Source of the DNA: Chrysemys picta bellii
Taxonomy: Eukaryota
Length of the DNA: 64,000 bases
Assembly: GCF_011386835.1 (NCBI RefSeq)
Contig: NC_088793.1
Span: 128,464,001 to 128,528,000, forward strand
Reading direction: 5' to 3'
Shown: piece by piece, positions 61,180-64,000 of the stretch
How the letters are laid out: every line of letters begins with the position of its first letter
How positions within the stretch are numbered: position 1 is the stretch's first letter
The notes under the pieces: generated by a model
Seen by the model: only the letters and a program-made list of their open reading frames with translations
Database searches by the model: none
What the model was told of the DNA's origin: nothing
Position numbers and translations under genes: made by a program

Positions 61180-63247
61180 GTAGCTGCGCGCGGTCCGGGT
61201 GGGAGGAGGCGCGGTGCCTTTTCGGAGCGTGGGTTCCGCGCGGGCTGGGGCGGGCGATGGGGAGGGAAGCTGAAATACAGCGACGCGCCCTTCTCCGCTG
61301 GGGGTAACGTGCTTCACGCCCCTGCCCCCGATCTCTTGGGTGGCCCCGGCTGGAGTCACCCGCTGTCAGCCTCGCTGCCCCCCGTGTGGGCTGGGCGTGG
61401 GGTTCCGGCCGGGATTGGATCCAGGCGGCAGCCCCGGCCGGGATAACGGCTCCTGCTTCCAGGAAACCGTCGCCGTGCTCAGTCCCGCGGCCCGGTTAAC
61501 CGGATCTATTGGGGGTGGAGCTCGTGTGTGTGACACTGGCCATAAAGGTGCTGCGCCGCCATCTCGCTCCCTGGGACGCGGTCCCCTCGGGGGTTAGTTT
61601 CTTAGCTGGTGGTTAAAGCGTTTTTTCAGCGCTCTGTGGGTGTCGTTGAAACAGACATTAAACTCCTTGAGAGATTGACAGTCTAACCCTAGGAGAGATC
61701 ATATCGGGATATCTCCGTGATGCTTAAACTGGGCTAGTTTGAGACATAGCAGGTCCTGACTTGGTGAGGAGCATATGTCACTTCCAGGAAACCGGACTTT
61801 GACTTACATTGTTAAATACTACATTAAAGTGAGCATAGGGAGCAGCTTTCATTTTTAATATACTTAAAATGAATAAAGCGTGTAGGAAAAATGCACAAGG
61901 TAAAATGTAGTCTGCTAAGTACACTTTTTAACAGTGTGTCATCTAGTAGTACAGAAAGTTAATGTTTCAGGAAAATAAATATACTACCACTGGATAGATT
62001 GCTTCTGAACTTACCATATGTTTAGAGAGTGCTTCTAGGAATTTTGGTCAGTTAGATCCTTATAGTGAAAGATTCTGTCCTTTTCCGAGGAAGTGGCCCT
62101 TTTATTTCTTCCTCACTTACTTTAAGGAATGAGCCACTCTTAGAACAACACACCTTTGGAGGGTCTGTCGTCTGTTTGGCTGTCCTTCCTTAGATTCAGC
62201 TGGACATTCAGTAGCACTGGTGGAAGGCCCAGTAAAGTTGACATGACTGGGATAAAGCGGCCATTCCCTACTGCTTTACTGGGTATATCTTCACTGCAGA
62301 GTGATTTGAACCCAGTTTACCCTAAAGTGGGTGTGAGCATCACCACTGCAAAGCTATGCCCACATTACCATGTCACTGTTTCTGGACTTGCCTTTGTGTG
62401 TCAGCAGCATATGCCACCGTTCTTTGTAACAAGGTGCTCTAGAATTCTTTCCCAGTCAGTTGTGGGAAAACTTGTCTATCCTTCAGGAGGAACTGTGGGA
62501 AAGCATTGGATAATTATCAGCACTAGTGTGATTTTGCTTGTCCTCACTATAAAGTGTATGGGTTCCAGCCAGAATTAAATCAGAACTTGGACTCTAACCC
62601 AGCTGTGCTAGCTAGCTGGGGAAGAAAGCACCTCCAAACTCAAGTAAAAAGTTCTTGTGTATGAACCATAAGAGCATTGGGTTAAAACTTGGGTAATAGC
62701 AAGGGTTAACTCTGGGGTGAATATATTGGGGTATATGCTGGGACAGAGGGCTGAAGAAAGAAGAAAAGAGCAGAAGTTTTTCTTGGCAAGCACATATATG
62801 AGAGTGCACAAAAGTACCTTTAAACAAGGTGGGAGGTGTTTACAGGCTACTTGCTGCCTTTGCCCTAAATTTTGTCTACAGAGGAGTGGGGAGAAAATAA
62901 CTTCTTAAACATCTAGAGAAAAGCCTGGAAGCACAAATAAACGTGTGTCAATTCCTTACTCTCTTCTTATATGAGGGAGCAATTTTTATTGGATACCCTC
63001 CCTTCTGGCCATGCATAATACGTGAATTTCCCATACTAGTTTCAAGTACTAGAAGTCTGGACTTCTAGGAGCCATCTATCTGAAACTATTCTCCAGACAT
63101 GAAAGAACCCTCTATACAAGCTAAAGTGGACTTTTTACTGTTTAAAGTACGTGCAGAAAATGGTTCAGCCTGGTAACTTTTATTGCCTGGCTCTCTAAGG
63201 GAAAAATATAATGAAGTTAATATACAGCATAGTAAACTTCTATCACC

Positions 63248-63268
63248 TGTGTGTGTGTGTGTGTGTGT
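63248..63268 (+). repeat. (TG)n microsatellite
   Basis: TGTGTG... run seen directly. Confidence 0.9.
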
Positions 63269-64000
63269 TTCCTGTTGATTTACTAATTGTAAGTACAGTT
63301 CTCAAACAATATATGTAAAACAGTGTATGGCAATATTTTTGTATGTTTAATTTTTATAATTAATAAATCTTTTAAAATCTGTCACCCCTTTTCCCAAACA
63401 AAATCAAATGTTTGCCACATTTGCCTCTGATTTAGTTGGAACTATAGGAATTGCCATATTGGATTAGACTAATTGTCCATCTAGTCCAGTATCCTGTCTC
63501 TGAGAGTGGCCAGCAGCAGATGCCTAATGGGGGGTGGGGGGAAGCCAGTACCCCCGGTAAGCAGATGTGGAATAATCGGTCCCCATGAAAGTCTCATCCT
63601 AATAGCAAAAGAGCAGTTTAAAACATGAACCATGAGATTTTAATCCCTTCTAGAACTGTTTGCAATAATTGTTATAACTTGGTATTCTTGTTACTAAATG
63701 TTTGGCCTTAAGAAAGATTGATAAGAGTCAATATCCCATGACAGTGAGTTCCATGATCTAATTATCAGTTTTGAATTTGCCATCTTTCATTTTCCGGAAT
63801 GTCTCCTTTTGGTAGTGGGGTCTTTCTCATGTAGCTCCTAGTTAGTAGTTTCTCACCCCTACTAATTATTTTATATATTTTTATCAGACCCACTTTTGTT
63901 CATTTCCTTGCTAAAGGAAATTATCTTAATCTTTTCAATGTCTTCATAGGAGAGTTTTTCTATGCCTCTGATTATAGAGTTTAAGGCCAGAATGGACCAC

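Larger units (their letters stand above)
60480..61620. promoter_or_regulatory. CpG island 4; DYNLT2 promoter, probably bidirectional with ERMARD
   Basis: CpG-rich; contains DYNLT2 exon 1, NF-Y ATTGG 61113-61117, ETS GCGGAAGT 61165-61172, E-box CACGTG ~61094 and NRF1-like GCGCCTGCGC 60871-60880. ERMARD is inferred from synteny only. Confidence 0.8.

Noticed and set aside
61600-64000. ERMARD coding exon 2
   Set aside because: No TTCLSP..IC.LGF-like peptide found; ORF 62156-62578 shows no recognisable homology.

Overview
Vertebrate genomic DNA, most likely turtle, judged from the Penelope, CR1, DIRS and hAT repeat content. It is syntenic with the human 6q27 block WDR27-C6orf120-PHF10-DYNLT2(TCTE3)-ERMARD. 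The window holds a single-exon C6orf120 CDS (+), a complete 12-exon PHF10 (-, 492 aa, all exon phases checked by hand) and a complete 4-exon DYNLT2/TCTE3 (-, 189 aa). There are four CpG islands. WDR27 and ERMARD are inferred from synteny only, as no coding exon of either was recognised. Main highlights: (1) a full-length hAT (Buster/SPIN-like) transposon with an uninterrupted 602-aa transposase, a perfect 8-bp TSD and a ZNF143/THAP11-type motif, lying sense in DYNLT2 intron 1 inside a decayed DIRS element; (2) minimal type-I hammerhead-ribozyme motifs in Penelope-like repeats, with stems that covary between subfamilies; (3) read-through of PHF10 intron 9 gives a C-terminal [12 protein letters not shown] motif (PHF10-S type isoform); (4) inverted hAT copies flank PHF10 exon 7. 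Many repeat boundaries are approximate and no database search was run.
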